A stretch of 64,000 nt of DNA from the human T2T-CHM13v2.0 reference genome, Homo sapiens, in contig CP068257.2 in NCBI GenBank assembly GCA_009914755.4, positions 11,424,001 through 11,488,000 on the forward strand, written 5' to 3'. Below are positions 22,261-37,350 of the stretch, one piece after another. The position numbers were made by a program, and so were the translations under genes. The notes beneath the pieces were generated by a model. It was not told the DNA's origin. It did not search any database and saw only the letters and a list, made by a program, of their open reading frames with translations. Numbering within the stretch: position 1 is the stretch's first letter; the number at the start of each line of letters is the position of its first letter.

Positions 22261-22320
22261 AGCATGCTCAAAGGGTAAAATAATTAATATTCAGCATGAT
22301 CAAAGGGTAAAATAATTAAT
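22261..22320. repeat. 30-bp direct tandem duplication inside L1M ('cagcatg[c/a]tcaaagggtaaaataattaatatt' twice)
   Basis: Two adjacent near-identical 30-mers read directly from the sequence. Confidence 0.8.
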
Positions 22321-22574
22321 ATTGTGAAGATGCCCGTACTGCTGAGTGTAATCTACAGATTTAATGCAATCCCTTTCAAATATCTAATTTTATTTTAGCA
22401 GAAATAGAAAAAGCAATCCCCAAATTATATGAAATTTTAAGAAACAATGAAACACCCAATAATCTTCAAAGAGAGGAACAACGTTGGAGGCATCACAACT
22501 CCCTGATTTCAAAACACATTATATAGACTTAAAAAAATTTGGTTTGGTTATAAAAAGTGAACTAGACCAAATAA

Positions 22575-22937
<363 letters not shown>

Positions 22938-23081
22938 GCACATCCATAATTTTTACAGCATTGTTATTGAAAGGCAATAGGTGAAAGCAATGCAAAATTT
23001 TCTCCCCAGATTACTGGATAAATATAATTTGAAACATAAAAATAATGGAATATTACTCAGTGTTTAAAAACAGGAAATACA

Positions 23082-23370
23082 GGCCAGGCACACTGGCTCA
23101 CACCTGTAATCTCAGCACATTGGGAGGCCGAGGTGGGTGAATCACCTGAGTTTGGGAGTTCGAGACCAGCCTCACCAACATGGAAAAACCCCATCTCTAC
23201 TTACAAAAATTAGCCGGGCATGGTGGTGCATGCCTGTAATCCCAGCCTCCTCTCAGGAGGCTGAGGAAGGAGAATGGTTTGAACTTGGGAGGTGGAGATT
23301 GTGGTGTGCTGAGATCGCTGCACTGAACTCCAGCCTGGGTAACAAGGGCGAAACTCCGCCTAAAAAAAAG
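23082..23370 (+). mobile_element. Alu element with TSD 'aggaaata'
   Basis: 'aggccaggcacactggctcacacctgtaatctcagcacattgggaggccgaggtgggtgaatcacctgag...cgaaactccgcctaaaaaaaagg'. The flanks 'caggaaatac' and 'aaggaaatattc' form the TSD. Confidence 0.9.
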
Positions 23371-24083
23371 GAAATATTCTAACAAACAACCATAACAAAC
23401 TTTCATGAAATTATGCAGAATAACATATGTCAGCCACAAAAAATATGGTATGAATCCACTTACATGAGATATTTAAAGCAGTTAGACTCAAAAACAGGAA
23501 AACAGAATTGTTTGTAAAGGGCCAGAAAATGGGAGAATTGAGTAGTTGTTTAATGTGTATTCAGTTTTAGTTTTGTAAGACAAAAACATTCTACAGATAT
23601 ATTGTATAATAATGTCAATATAGTTAATATAAACTACATATTTTTAAATTAAGATTCTAAATTTTATGTTCTTGATAATTAAAAGTAAACAGTAATAATA
23701 CCTTAAAAAAGGGACAAAATTGACAGTTTTTAAAATTACCTTCAAATCAAAAAAGTGTTTCTCCCACACAAAAATAGATTCCCAAATAGATATTAGAAGT
23801 AGGAGAATTTTTATGACTACTCAGATAAAACGACCATTGATCACTCACAAACATACAAGTCATAAACAATACAGAAATAATATGTGTATACACAAACACA
23901 GAAATTATTATATTGGGAATAGAGATATGACTGATTCATATGTAACTTTGGCTCCACGCTGTCTTAAAGTGTACAGAATTGAATATTGTCATTCACAATT
24001 GTCATAAAAATAAAAACTAAAAACACAATTAACTGATGTCACTTGGCATACTCTAAAATATGAAACAAAAAAGAAATAAAATT

Positions 24084-24437
<354 letters not shown>

Positions 24438-24729
24438 TTAAACTTACTGAACACCATTAAGTAGATTACTACATTTGGAAAAGAAATCTTAGAAGACGAA
24501 TGTAGGGAAAAAGTAGTTAGAGGGGTTATTTGAAGATAAAAGAGGATGAGAACTTTCCAAATTTTTATGTGATAAAAGAAAAACTAATACCAATCAATAC
24601 TGTTTGCTTTGAAATTATTTGGAATTATTCTGGAATTAAAAATAAGGAAACAATAAAGAACTTACAAAATAAACAAAAAGTGAAGGTATTTATCACCACA
24701 GGCATGGTCCCACAAGAAATGCTACATGG

Positions 24730-24848
24730 TGGCCAGGCACCAGTGGCTCATGTCTGTAATCCCAGAGTCTTGTGAGGCCAAGGCAGGCAGATTAGTTGAG
24801 GCTAAGAGTTCAAGATGAGCCTGAGTAACATAGTGAGATGCTGTTTAT
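24730..24848 (+). mobile_element. Alu monomer-like fragment (FLAM/partial Alu)
   Basis: 'ggtggccaggcaccagtggctcatgtctgtaatcccagagtcttgtgaggccaaggcaggcagattagttgaggctaagagttcaagatgagcctgagtaacatagtgagatg'. Confidence 0.6.
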
Positions 24849-25101
24849 TTTTTTATTGCCGAAAAGAGTCCATATGTTGAAAAATATAATGATGCTGAAC
24901 AATCTTAAAAAACTACATGAAACTATAAACTTTCTGTTAAATGTAAATATATAAACACATATACAATTGTTTACTACCATAATCATTAAGCAAAATCTCT
25001 TAAAATTCTGCTATAGAATTTCAACAAAAAATCTGCATAAATCTGTTAATAGATACACAATATAAAATAATATTTGTAATAATGAAAAACTACAGGATGT
25101 A

Positions 25102-25422
25102 AGCCTGGGCACAATGGCTCATGCCTGTAATCCCAGCACTTTGGGAGGACGAGATGGGTGGATCACAAAGTCAGGAGTTCAAGACCAGCTTGGCTAAGAT
25201 GGTGAAACCCCATCTCTACTAAAAATATGAAAAATTAGCCGGTCATGGGGGTGGGTGCCTGTCGTCTCAGCTACTTGAGAGGCTGAGGCAGAGCATTGCT
25301 TGAACCTGGGAGGCGGAGGTTGCAGTGAGCCGAGATCACACCACTGCTCTCCAGCCTGGGTGACAGAGCGAGACTCCATCTCAAAAACAAAACAAAACAA
25401 AACAAAACAAACAAACAAAAAA
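25102..25422 (+). mobile_element. Alu element with (CAAAA)n tail and TSD 'ctac[a/g]ggatgtaa'
   Basis: 'gcctgggcacaatggctcatgcctgtaatcccagcactttgggaggacgagatgggtggatcacaaagtcaggagttcaagaccagc...ctccatctcaaaaacaaaacaaaacaaaacaaaacaaacaaacaaaaaa'. The flanks 'ctacaggatgtaag' and 'cactacgggatgtaaag' form the TSD. Confidence 0.9.
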
Positions 25423-25879
25423 CCCACTACGGGATGTAAAGAGGTATAGTTTTTGTATTCAACTGAAGTTATGACGTACTAATATTGTTATAACTTTAAA
25501 ATGTTTTACATAATCTCCAATTACCTAGATAATTACAAGTTTATAGAAAGTATGCAATACAAAATGAGAAAGGAAACAAAGCATAACACTACAAACTCAA
25601 AAAAGCAAAAATTAAGACAGTAAAATAGGAAATTATGGGAAACATCTCTACAAGAAACACAAAAAATAATAACAATCAAAATGGTAATAGTAACTTCATT
25701 TCTCTATGGAATCATTTTAAACATAAATTGATTAAACTAATAATAAGAAATTAAATGGCCCAATGGAATAAGAACAAACAAAATCACACAATATGCAACA
25801 AATCACACAATATTCTTGTTCAAACATAGTGTACTCTGTTAGGACACATAACAAGCCTTATTAAGTTTAAGAAGACTAA

Positions 25880-25960
25880 TCAGGTGTGGTGGCTCATGCC
25901 TGTAGCCCCAGCACTTTGGGAGGCCAGGACTGGAAGATTGCTTGAGACCAGGATTTCAAG
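25880..25960 (+). mobile_element. Alu 5' fragment (~80 bp)
   Basis: 'caggtgtggtggctcatgcctgtagccccagcactttgggaggccaggactggaagattgcttgagaccaggatttcaagag', then non-Alu sequence. Confidence 0.55.
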
Positions 25961-26876
25961 AGACTCACTTTAACTTTGAGTCAAATAGGTTGAAAGAAAC
26001 AGAATGAAAAAGCATATTCCATGCAAACAGTATCCACAATTAAGTGAGGTGGTCATAAATTATATTCGACAAAATACGCTGTAAATCAAAAACTAGCATG
26101 AGGTAAAGATTGTTACTATATAATGGTAACATTGGTCATTTACCAGGAATCTATAACTATTACATCTATTTAAAAGATCAGGGTTCCAAAATATATAAAG
26201 CTAATATTGACAGAAGTGAAGCAAAAAATACATAGCAACATAATAATCACAGACATTAAGACCCCACTTTAATAATGAGTGAAAGTTTAGATAAAACATC
26301 AATAAGAGAACAAAACCTGGATGACATTATAAATTGTATTAATTCATTTTGTATTGCAATAAGTACCTAAGACTGTGTAATTTATAAAGAAAAAAGATTT
26401 ATTTTCTTCATAGTTATGCAAAATGTACAATAAGTGTGGTGCCAGCATCTGCATCTGGTGAGGGTCTAAGTAAGCTTACAATCATGGTGAAGGCAAAGAG
26501 AAACCAGACATATTGCATGGGGAGAGAGGGAGCAAGCGTGAAAGGAAAGTGCCAGGTTCTTTAAACACGCAGCTCTCATGTGAATTAACAGAGTGAGAAC
26601 TTATTGATCACGAAGGGGATGGCGTGAAGTCATTTACAAGAGATTTGCTCCCATGACCCAAACACATCACACAAGGATCCACATCCTACATTGGGAATCC
26701 CATTTCAACATGAGATTTGAAGGGTACAAACATCCAAATCATATCATAGGCCAACTACACATTAAAAATGTGTACAGGACTCTCCAGTTAAAAGGAAGAG
26801 ATTACACAATATTCTTGTTCGAACTTGGTGCATTCTGTTAGGACACATAACAAGTCTTATTAAGTTTAAGAAGCCT

Positions 26877-27181
<305 letters not shown>

Positions 27182-27199
27182 TTAAGATGACCAAAATTA

Positions 27200-28330
27200 T
27201 ACAGTTATGTTTTCTGACTAAAATAAAATGAAACTAGACATCAAAATCAAGAGATAAACTGGCAAATTCAAAAATATATGGAAATAAAACACACTCTTTA
27301 ATATATTCTTGCTCAAGGTCCAGATAATTTAATCTAAATGTGAAAACAACTCACGGTGGTGAAGAAATTCCAATGGTACATTGTTGACCAGAAATATTGT
27401 TTAAAACTTTTTAAATTGATTATGAGCTAAAACTAGCCAAACACCCATGAGAAAGAACAAAGAGGCATTAAATTTCCTGATTTCAAAATATATTAAAAAG
27501 CTATAATAAACAAAAGCAATGTGGTACTAACAGAGACAAATGAACAGATGATAGAACAAAATAGCCCAGAAATGAACCCTTCTTTATATAATCAAATAAT
27601 CTTCCACAAAGCTGCCATGACTACACAATAGAGAAAAGAAAATATCTTCAACAAATGATGCTGAAAACTGAGTATCTACACTGAAAAAAATAAAGTTGGA
27701 TTATTTTCTTGCACATTTTAAATAAAATAATGAAACTAAAAAACATATAACTAATACAACTCTTAGAAGAAAAAAATAGGGAAAATACAGAACACTGGTT
27801 TTGGCACTTTTTTGTAGATATGACATCATACTTATGAAAAACATAAAAACCCCCAAAATTTAACTGTGCTAAACTTCAAATTTTCTGCACACCAAAGAAA
27901 ATATTTAGTAGAATGACAATGCCACCGAAGAAATGGGGGAAAATATTTGCAAATTACATGTGATGAGTTAATATTCAGAATTATAAACAACTAAAACTGA
28001 AAAACTAACAATGAATAAATTGATTTAGAAATGCACAAAGAATTGAACTGATGTTTAATCAAAAATATATATGTAAGTAGAAAAAAGCACTTAAAATAAT
28101 GCAAAAAAAGTACCAATTGTAGAGAAATACAAAACAAAATTACAATCCAAAACAAAACCACCTCATACCCATTAGAATGGCCACGATAAATTTTTTAAAT
28201 GCCGAATCTGTTGAGGATGTAAAGAAATTAAAACTCATGTGAATTGAGTGGGGAAAAAGGATGCAACCATCATATTATGAATGTTTCTTAAAATTTAAAT
28301 TATATAATTCCACTTATAAACCTAGATTCA
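27200..28330 (+). mobile_element. Old L1 (L1M-like) ORF2/3' fragment
   Basis: Diverged L1 ORF2 C-terminal region: '...cccattagaatggccacgataaa...gaggatgtaaagaaattaaaactcatgtgaattgagtggggaaaaagg' resembles the L1 'PVRMAIIKK...CWRGCGE' segment. Family not resolved. Confidence 0.4.
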
Positions 28331-28790
28331 AATATAAATCATATTATTTGACTGGAATATAAAATACATTTTTATATATTAATATATATATAAATGGAAT
28401 CCAAGAATTCCACTTATAAATCTATATTCAAACATAAATATAAATGTATACTCCAAATATAAATCTATATCCAAACAAAGAACGTGGAAGATATATTTGA
28501 ATATATATTTCAAATATTGGTATAATAAATATACCAATATTTATATATTTAATATATATTAATATAATATATATTAAATATATTATACCAATATTTATAT
28601 ATTTTATATATAAATATAATATATATTAAATAAATAAATATATTATATAAATAAATATATATTTTATATATATTAAAAATTAAATATTGGTATAATATAT
28701 TATACCAATATATTATATATAAATATATACACATATATTTATATATATACAATATATAAATATATTATACCAATATTTACAAAAGCCAAA
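28290..28790. repeat. AT-rich low-complexity block with tandem and perfectly palindromic subunits (hairpin-capable)
   Basis: Perfect 12-bp inverted repeats: 'aatattggtata'-ataaa-'tataccaatatt' at 28513-28541 and 'aatattggtata'-atatat-'tataccaatata' at 28683-28712. The motif 'tataccaatatt' recurs at 28584 and 28765. The ~42-bp motif 'aattccacttataaa.cta.attcaaa.ataaat' is repeated at 28307 and 28407. Confidence 0.75.
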
Positions 28791-29154
28791 AGGCAGAAGT
28801 AACCCAGATATCCCTTGACTGATAAACAAATTAAAAATGTGACATATACATACAGTGGAATATTATTCAGCCTTAAAATAGTAAATCTGTCACATTCTTA
28901 CATAAACATTGAGATATTATGTCAACTGAAATAAGATAGTAATAAAGTGACAGATACTATATGATTCCATGATATGAGTCATCATAAGTAGTCAAATAGA
29001 AACAGAAAGGAGAATGGTATTACTCAAGGTCTAAAGAGAGGGTAAAATGGGCAGTTGTTACTTAATGGGTATTGTCTTAATTTTAGAAGACGTAAAAGTT
29101 CTAGAGGTCTTTACATAACAATGTAAATACTCTTAACAACTAAAATGTACACCT

Positions 29155-29442
29155 TTTTTGAGGTAGGTTCTCACTCTGTCCTGCAGGCTGGAATGAAGTC
29201 ATATAATCATAGCTCACTGCAGCCTCAACCTCCCATGCACAAGTGATTCTCCTGCCACGGCCTCACAAGGAGCTAGGACCACAGGTGGACAACCCAACAC
29301 CTGGCTAATTTTAAATTTTTGTGGGGAAGGGCTCTCTATATGCTGCCCAGGCTGGTCTCAAGTTCCTCGGCTTAAGCAATACTTCTGCGTCAGTTTCCCA
29401 AAGTACGGGCATTATAGGCATGAGCCTCCACCACACTCAGCA
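29155..29442 (-). mobile_element. Old Alu (AluJ-like), minus orientation
   Basis: 'ttttttgaggtaggttctcactctgtcctgcaggctggaatgaagtcatataatcatagctcactgcagcctcaacctcc...gggcattataggcatgagcctccaccacactcagc'. Confidence 0.8.
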
Positions 29443-29680
29443 CTGAAATATAGACTTAAAAAACTTTAAGATGGTAAATTTTATGTCATGTGTTTTCACA
29501 TTTTTTTTTGAAAACAACTAAAAGTGATATAGGTCTTTCTATAAATCATAAAATACATAAATATATAAACATAAATCACCTTCAAATCACTAAAGTGTTT
29601 CTCTCACACAAAGAAAATATATATATTTATCATTAAACACCTAGTGAATATACCACTGTTTCTATGACTACTCACCTTCA

Positions 29681-30004
<324 letters not shown>

Positions 30005-30579
30005 CTACTGTGGCCGCTGAAGGAGTTCAGTGACTCAGTTTCAGCTGTCTTTGCCACAGTTCACAACAATTCCTGCCAACACAGGAACCCACACAGTGAT
30101 GTGGAAAAAAACTTCCAAATACTCAGTGGTAGCCACACTTACCACATCCCGACATAAGGTCCACCATATGCACACCCAATTGCAGAAATCTGTCCTAGTT
30201 TCTGCACTATAAATAAAAGTCCTGAAGGAAATCCAGCCCGCCCAGACATTAGATGGGAATCACAACAACCAAAGCCCCTGGTAAAAAGCCACTTGAAGGT
30301 TGAATCCACTGCATACCCAGCAGCCTTGTGACACAGTTATAAACTCTTCCTTACTACAAGCTCATAGGGCTTCCCATTACCCTGGGAACAAAAGAAGATC
30401 TGTACCTCCTGAAAACAGTTTATAAAAAATTAAAGAGCTGTTTGCTTCTTCAAATTTATAGACACCGGGGTAAGGCTACATGGTTCCATTGTCAATGTTT
30501 CTATTTTAACATAGCAGTGAAAGTACTTTGCAGAAGAATTAGTCAAGAAAATGACCCTAAAAATGACATTCAAATTGAG

Positions 30580-32600
30580 GAAAAAAATTAAAAGGTTGCT
30601 GTTTGTAGGTGACATGATCTTATAAATAGAAAACCATAAACAATACATCAAAAAATAACAAATGCCCTCAGAAAATTAGCAATATATAACATTAACATAT
30701 AATTATCAGTTATGATTCCATATGCTAACAACAAACCATCTGATAAAAAAGGAAGAAAACAATCTCATTTCCAATAGAATTAAAATAATAAATTTCTGAA
30801 AAATTAACAAAGAAGGCAAAAGATCTTTTCACTGAAACATATATTGATGAAAGAAGTGGAAGAAGTCACAAATAAATGCAAAAAGATTTCAAGTTTATGA
30901 ACTGGAAGAATAAATATTATAAAGCACCATATGATTCAAAGTGATCTACAGTTTCAATGAACTCTCTATTAAAAATCCAGTGACATTTTTCACAGTAATG
31001 GAAATTACAATTCTAAAATTTACATGAAACTACGATAGGCTTTGAAAAACCAAAGCAATCTAGAGGAAAAGGGACAAAGCAACCAAACTTCATACTTTAT
31101 GATTTCAAACTATATTTTAAGATTGTAGTAAAAAAACAGATGATACATGCAAAATATGGACACAATAAACCAATGGCACAGAATAGAGCCCAGAAATAAA
31201 CCCAGACATATAAAGTTTACTAATCTTTGATAAGTGCACCAAAAATATACAATGAACAAAGTATAGTCTTTTTAATATTTGCTTCTGAAAAAACTGGATA
31301 CCTCCAGGCAAAAGAATAAAATTAGCTTATTTTTCTTACACCATGCTAAAAGTTAAATTACAGACTTAAATATGAATCCTTAAAAAACCTGAAAAAAAAT
31401 ACATGGAAAACCCTCATGATATGGTCTTAACAATAATTTGTTAGACATAATACCAAAAGTACAGCAACAAAAGCAAATATAAACAAGCTGGACTGCATCA
31501 AACTAAAAACCTTCTGCACAGAAAAGAGAACAATAAAATAAAAAAATTTGTAGAATGGGAAAAAATATTTGCAAACCATACATCTGATAAAAGATTGATA
31601 TACAAAATATATAAGAAATGCAAGCAGATTGAAAGCAAAAACAACAGTAACCCAGTTCAAAATAGGCAAAAAACTAAACAGTTATTTGTCCAATGAAGAC
31701 ATACAAATGGCCAACACATAAGCCATAAAGTACTCAATATCACCAAATATCAGGCAATTGCAAATCAAAACTATGATGAGTATCATTTCAAACATGTTAG
31801 AATGGATAATGTAAAAAGAAGAAACATAACAAGTGTTGACAACACTTTGAAGAAAAAAAATTCTGTACATTCTTGGAGAGTTATAAATTGATGGAGTCAT
31901 TACAAAAACCAATAGAGGTTATCTGAAATACAGAACTACTACACAATCTAGCAATAGTAGTATTGTGCATATAATACTGTGTATATAACAAAAGGAAATG
32001 AAATAAGTAACTTGAAGACATATCTGTACCACCATATTTGTTGCAGCATTATTCACAATTGCCAAGATATAAAAAACCTAAATGTTAGTGGATGCTGAAT
32101 AAAGAAAAGCTGGTATAAATAAACAATAGAATATTATTTAGCCTGAAAAATAACTAAATCTTGCCATTTCAACAACATGGGTAAAACTGGAAGACATTAT
32201 GCCAAGGGAAATAAGCCAGACATAGAAAGAGAAATACTGTTCATTCTCACTTATATGGGGAATCTAAGAAAGCTGAACTCACAGAAGCAGAGACTACAAT
32301 GGAAGTTGTCAGGGACTAGATATGGGAGAAAATGAAAAGATATTGAAAAGACAAATTTTCTGTTATGAGTAAGTTTTTCAAATGTAATGTATAGCTTCAT
32401 GATACAGTTAACACTAAATTTTTGTATGCTTAAAATTTGGTGTCAGCAGACCTTAGATGTTTTCATTACAAAAAAGGTACCTATGTGAGGAAAGGTGATA
32501 AAAATGCTCAGAAACATAATTGTGCTAATCATTTTACAATATACACATGCAGTAAGTCATTACATTGTACACAATAAATATATATACAATTTTTATTTAT
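30580..32600 (+). mobile_element. Old L1 (L1M-like) ORF2 3' half plus 3'UTR, plus orientation
   Basis: Diverged L1 ORF2 C-terminal coding similarity runs through 30600-31700 (for example 'caagctggactgcatcaaactaaaaaccttctgcacagaaaagagaacaat', equivalent to L1 '[11 protein letters not shown]'). A typical AT-rich L1M 3' end extends to ~32600. Confidence 0.5.
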
Positions 32601-33425
32601 AAAAAAATCCACAATACACACCTACATATATATACACACATATAAATTACAGTTCTGGTAAACTTTATCCTGAACAAGATAAAATTAAAAAATAGTAATT
32701 TAAAAAACAAGGAAAGAAGTGGGAGCTTAACATATGCTCAGTAATGTTCTAAGTTCCCTGACATAGTGAATTGTAGAAATGTAGGAAATATCTACGTTAT
32801 ATTACAGTTGAGAAATTAAGACAGAATTGAAATTACCAACCTCAGTTAGTACTAAAAGAATAAAAATTTCAATTCAAATAACATTAGATATTCTTAAAGA
32901 GATACTTAATATTCTGATTAAATTACCGAGTATGAATTTCTGTAGAAACACATTTGAAACCTCCATAAAATAAGAAACTATAAAGCAGAAAACATACAAC
33001 ATATGTGGGTTGTATTTCTGGGATTTCTGAACCAAATCTCAATATCACTACTTTTACATATTTCAGACACAATGCAGAAAGAGAACTTAAAAATGGGTAA
33101 ACACAGGGTTTCTAAAAAATATGCAGCTATTTGTATATCCCTAAAAGCAATAAAAGTAGTCAGATTGTGCACTGTTTTATAAGCCATAAAGAGAACTTTG
33201 GCTCTCACTGCAAATCTGAAGAAAAATTATTGAAGAAAATGTAGAGTCACTAGAGAGCATGGGACAGAGGATGCCCCTATGTGAGAACAAGTGAAAAAAC
33301 CCAGGCTTCTCAGAAAGGATTTCCACTGGAGCACAGCTTCCCAAATCACATGTAAAAGTCCGGGTTCCTCTCGGCCTTTGGATGCCTCATCTATGTCATC
33401 CTCTTCTTCATTCGCTTTCACCTAC

Positions 33426-33500
33426 CTGGGTGCTTCATACTCCATGGCTTTTTCCTTTGCTCCAGACAGGTGACCAGGTCTGGCTTAGAGAAGACAATAC
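33426..33500 (-). pseudogene. KRAB-B box exon (75 nt) of the KRAB-ZNF pseudogene
   Basis: The minus-strand sequence reads 'cag|GTATTGTCTTCTCTAAGCCAGACCTGGTCACCTGTCTGGAGCAAAGGAAAAAGCCATGGAGTATGAAGCACCCAG|gtaggt', translating to (G)IVFSKPDLVTCLEQRKKPWSMKHP. This is the KRAB-B motif 'SKPDLITCLEQ.KEPW', about 21 nt shorter than the canonical 96-nt exon. Acceptor AG at 33501-33502, donor gtaggt at 33420-33425. Confidence 0.6.
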
Positions 33501-33923
33501 CTGTTTTATTTTAAAAAGCATCATGAGCATGACTTTTCCTGGGATTCTCCATTTACCAACCTAATACTGTGCTAAGTAGAGAAAAGAGGACATAATAGAA
33601 GATTCTAGAAAATTAATCCCAAAATACTTTTTACTGACAGAACCTTTAGCGTATTCAGAAAGTATATTAAATATGAGTGTCCTCTGTTTCACTCCCCAGT
33701 ATTACTGAATCAAAAATTGGTGGTGGCAATTGAATTTTAAGGTGTGGACAACATTATTTTATGTCACTAAGTTTCTGAAATTACCACTTATCTAGAGTGA
33801 ATAACATAGATAAACTCAGGAAAGGGGAAAATTCAGGTCAAAATGAAACAACCTGAAGAATTCATTTTCCACACCAAAAAATCCGCAAGATTGTCTTAAA
33901 AACAGGGATCTGAAATTTACTCA

Positions 33924-34421
<498 letters not shown>

Positions 34422-35338
34422 TTAATCATACAGTATAAGTTCTGCATATTTCTCAGATTAAAAAGTCAGGCTTAGTTATAAAGTACCTCTCAAATTTTAA
34501 TGTGTACAACAATAAACTGGAGATCTTTTTATGCAGATTTTGTTTCAAGAAACCTGAGGTAAAACCTGAGTTTCTGAATTTCTAACAAGCTCACAAGTGA
34601 CACCAATCTTTCTGGCCCAAGATAAATATTTTGTCAAACATTCATTAAGTGACAGAGCCTGGGTTTTTATGACCAGTAAACAAAGATGAGAGACTTCACT
34701 TTTTAAAGAAAGACATATGCAAAGACAATCTAAGAAGAAAAGAGAACTTCCAGATTACATGGGATGCTTTATTCACATCAGCTGGTAAATGTCCCCAAGG
34801 TACTCAATAATAAAGAGAAAAATAACTCTACAGTGGAAAAAAATTCTCAGAGAACTATTTAACTCAACGAATCAAATTAACACCAATTATAACAGAACAA
34901 ATTTTCATCATGCGCTGATGCTCACAGAACGACACAATATCACTGCTGTGATACTGGCCCCCGCCAAAGAAGTAAATTATAATTCAAATCTAATCATAAA
35001 GAAACAAGTTTTATGCAAAATGCAAACTACAGTAATCGCTCATGTTGTGTAATCTCTATTAAAGTATTTACGCAGACTTTCTTCAGCATTCTAGAAAGCG
35101 AGTATCTTCTAATTATTTTTTTCAAAACTTTCTGAATTATTCTGGGTAACAAATACCATCCTGTTCAAATGTGCATATTTTAATCCTGTTCCACATGGAG
35201 TTGATGGAGCACACAGACAGAACTTCAACATTACATATTCCCCTTTTTCATGAATATCTAAGAACCCCACCTCTTCCCCAGTAGGAATCTTGGGTATCCA
35301 TACCTTTCCATGTGCACCAGCACCAGCAACAAAGGGTA

Positions 35339-35653
35339 TTTTTCTTTTTTTTTTTTTCTTTGGAGATGGAGTCTCCCTCTGTTGCCCAGGCTGGAGTGCA
35401 GTGGCACGATGTAGGCTCACTGCAACCTCCAGAACCTCCACCTCCTGGGTTCAAGTGATTCTCTTGCCTCAGCCTCCCAAGTAGCTGGGATTACAGGCAC
35501 CCGCCACCATGCCCAGCTATTTTTTGTATTTTTAGTAGTGACAGGGTTTCACCATGTTGGCCAGGCTGGTCTTGAACTCCTGACCTCAGGTCATCCACCC
35601 ACATCGGCCTCTCAAAGTGCTGGGATAATAGGCATGAGCCACCGCGCCCAGCC
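35339..35653 (-). mobile_element. Alu element with TSD 'aaaggg[t/a]atattttt'
   Basis: 'tttctttttttttttttctttggagatggagtctccctctgttgcccaggctggagtgcagtggcacgatgt...ggcatgagccaccgcgcccagcc'. The flanks 'caaagggtattttt' and 'caaagggaatattttt' form the TSD. Confidence 0.9.
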
Positions 35654-37059
35654 AAAGGGAATATTTTTAATATTACGAGTCATAATTAATGATGAGAATT
35701 CCGCATGGCAGAGAAGAAGCCAAGATGAAGAGAATGTCGAGAAGACTCTAGTATATAGAAAATAATATATTTCAGAGTTGCTTGACTATCATGAGAAGAA
35801 AAAATGTTTAAACAAACTTATAGGGAGAAACAGCATAAAGTCAAGAAGTACAGGTTTGTAAGTTCTAAACATATGGCATTCCAGGAGGCAGAGTGAACAC
35901 TGCTCCTAATCTGAGACACAGTCACCTGAGAAAAAGCCATTTTTCTCTTCATCATCCTTCTCTAGCATTTCTTCTCAGGTGATATTCTCTGGACAAGTCA
36001 CACCTGCATCTTTGGAATATGCCTTTAAAGGAATCAGCACAATCTCTTCACCTGCTACCACCACAAACACAGGTAGAAAGATCCAGGCATGCAGAACATG
36101 TCCACCCATTTATGTTCTTTATAACAGGTGAGATTCAAGGACAGTGAGCTGCTCCACAAAGATCAAAATTTATCTTTCTCTTTTCCTGCCACAGACGCCA
36201 CAATTTCTGCTACAGCAATGGGGATATGGGCCACATTAACTTGTACCTACCAAATCCAACCATAGTAGACCCTGTGACCTCCCTTTGGAATAAAGTTTGA
36301 ACTCAACTCTCATGAATGTATTTTGAATTCCTCGTGTTTGACCCTGGCCTCAACCTGGAGTCACATGAGGCACTTAATTATATCAACAAGGATGCTTCCA
36401 CCCAGAACAATATACAGAGCCTGCGGGAAGGGCACAAGTGAAAAGATTTCTGCAACCTGGCCATGGAATCTTAATTAGAAGCCTGGGCCAAGAACCACTT
36501 AGCTAAGCATTGCCTCTCAAACTTCAATGTGCATATAAATCATTTGGTAACCCTGGCCCCACACTATGTAATGTGATTCTGCAGGTTTTAAAAGCATCCA
36601 TGAAAGTGCATTTTAAACACATCTCCTGTCAATGCTGATGTAGCTTCCACAGACCCATCATTAGTAGCATTTAGCTAGAAAAAGCAGGCATAGAACAGAC
36701 TCTCACACTCATCATTCATCACAACACAAATACTTCTGATCAAATAAACAATCAATCTCTATCCTGAAAAAACACATTCTTTGCTAGCTCTTTAAAGTTT
36801 ACAGAGACAGGAGAAGGCAACAATGTCTGAGTAAGTCTGCACTGAAAAACAACATGTACACATATACTTATGCAATGCTTATTAAGCAGGTACTATGTGC
36901 TCAGGAGTGTGTTACAGAGCACTGTGCTGGGAACATCACATTATGTGATTTAATCTTCAAAACAACTTGAGAGTTGGGTACTAAGTGTTCAATAATACTC
37001 AGAATTTAGATGAAGGGACCAGCATTGTTTTCTTCCCTGTTTATCTCTTAATGATTATT

Positions 37060-37350
37060 TTCGGGGGGGGACAGAGTTTCACTCATGTTGCCCAGGCTGG
37101 AAGTGCAATGGCACGATCTCAGCTCACCACAACCTCCGCTTCCTGGGTTCAAACCATTCTCCTGCCTCAGCCTCCCGAGTAGTTGGGATTACAGGCATGC
37201 ACCACGACACTGAGCTAAGTTTGTATTTTTAGTAGAGATGGGGTTTCTCCATATTGGTCAGGCTGGTCTTGAACTCCCGATCTCAAGTGATCCACGCACC
37301 TCGACCTCCCAAATTGCTAGTATTACAGGCATGAGCCACAGAGCCCGGCC
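37060..37350 (-). mobile_element. Alu element, minus orientation
   Basis: 'ttttcggggggggacagagtttcactcatgttgcccaggctggaagtgcaatggcacgatctcagctcacc...ttacaggcatgagccacagagcccggcc'. The flanks 'tctcttaatgattatttt' and 'tctcactgattttttt' are TSD-like. Confidence 0.9.

Noticed and set aside
28549-28752. 67-aa minus-strand ORF 'MYIYKYMCIYLYIIYWY...'
   Set aside because: It is a translation of the (TA)-rich low-complexity repeat, with no coding signal.
33426-33450. An ATG in good Kozak context ('aaaaagccATGGag') followed 17 nt later by a strong splice donor, which at first looked like a first coding exon
   Set aside because: In context it is the internal Met of the KRAB-B motif (...KKPWSMKHP) on the minus strand and lies downstream of the KRAB-A exon. 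It is not an initiator exon.
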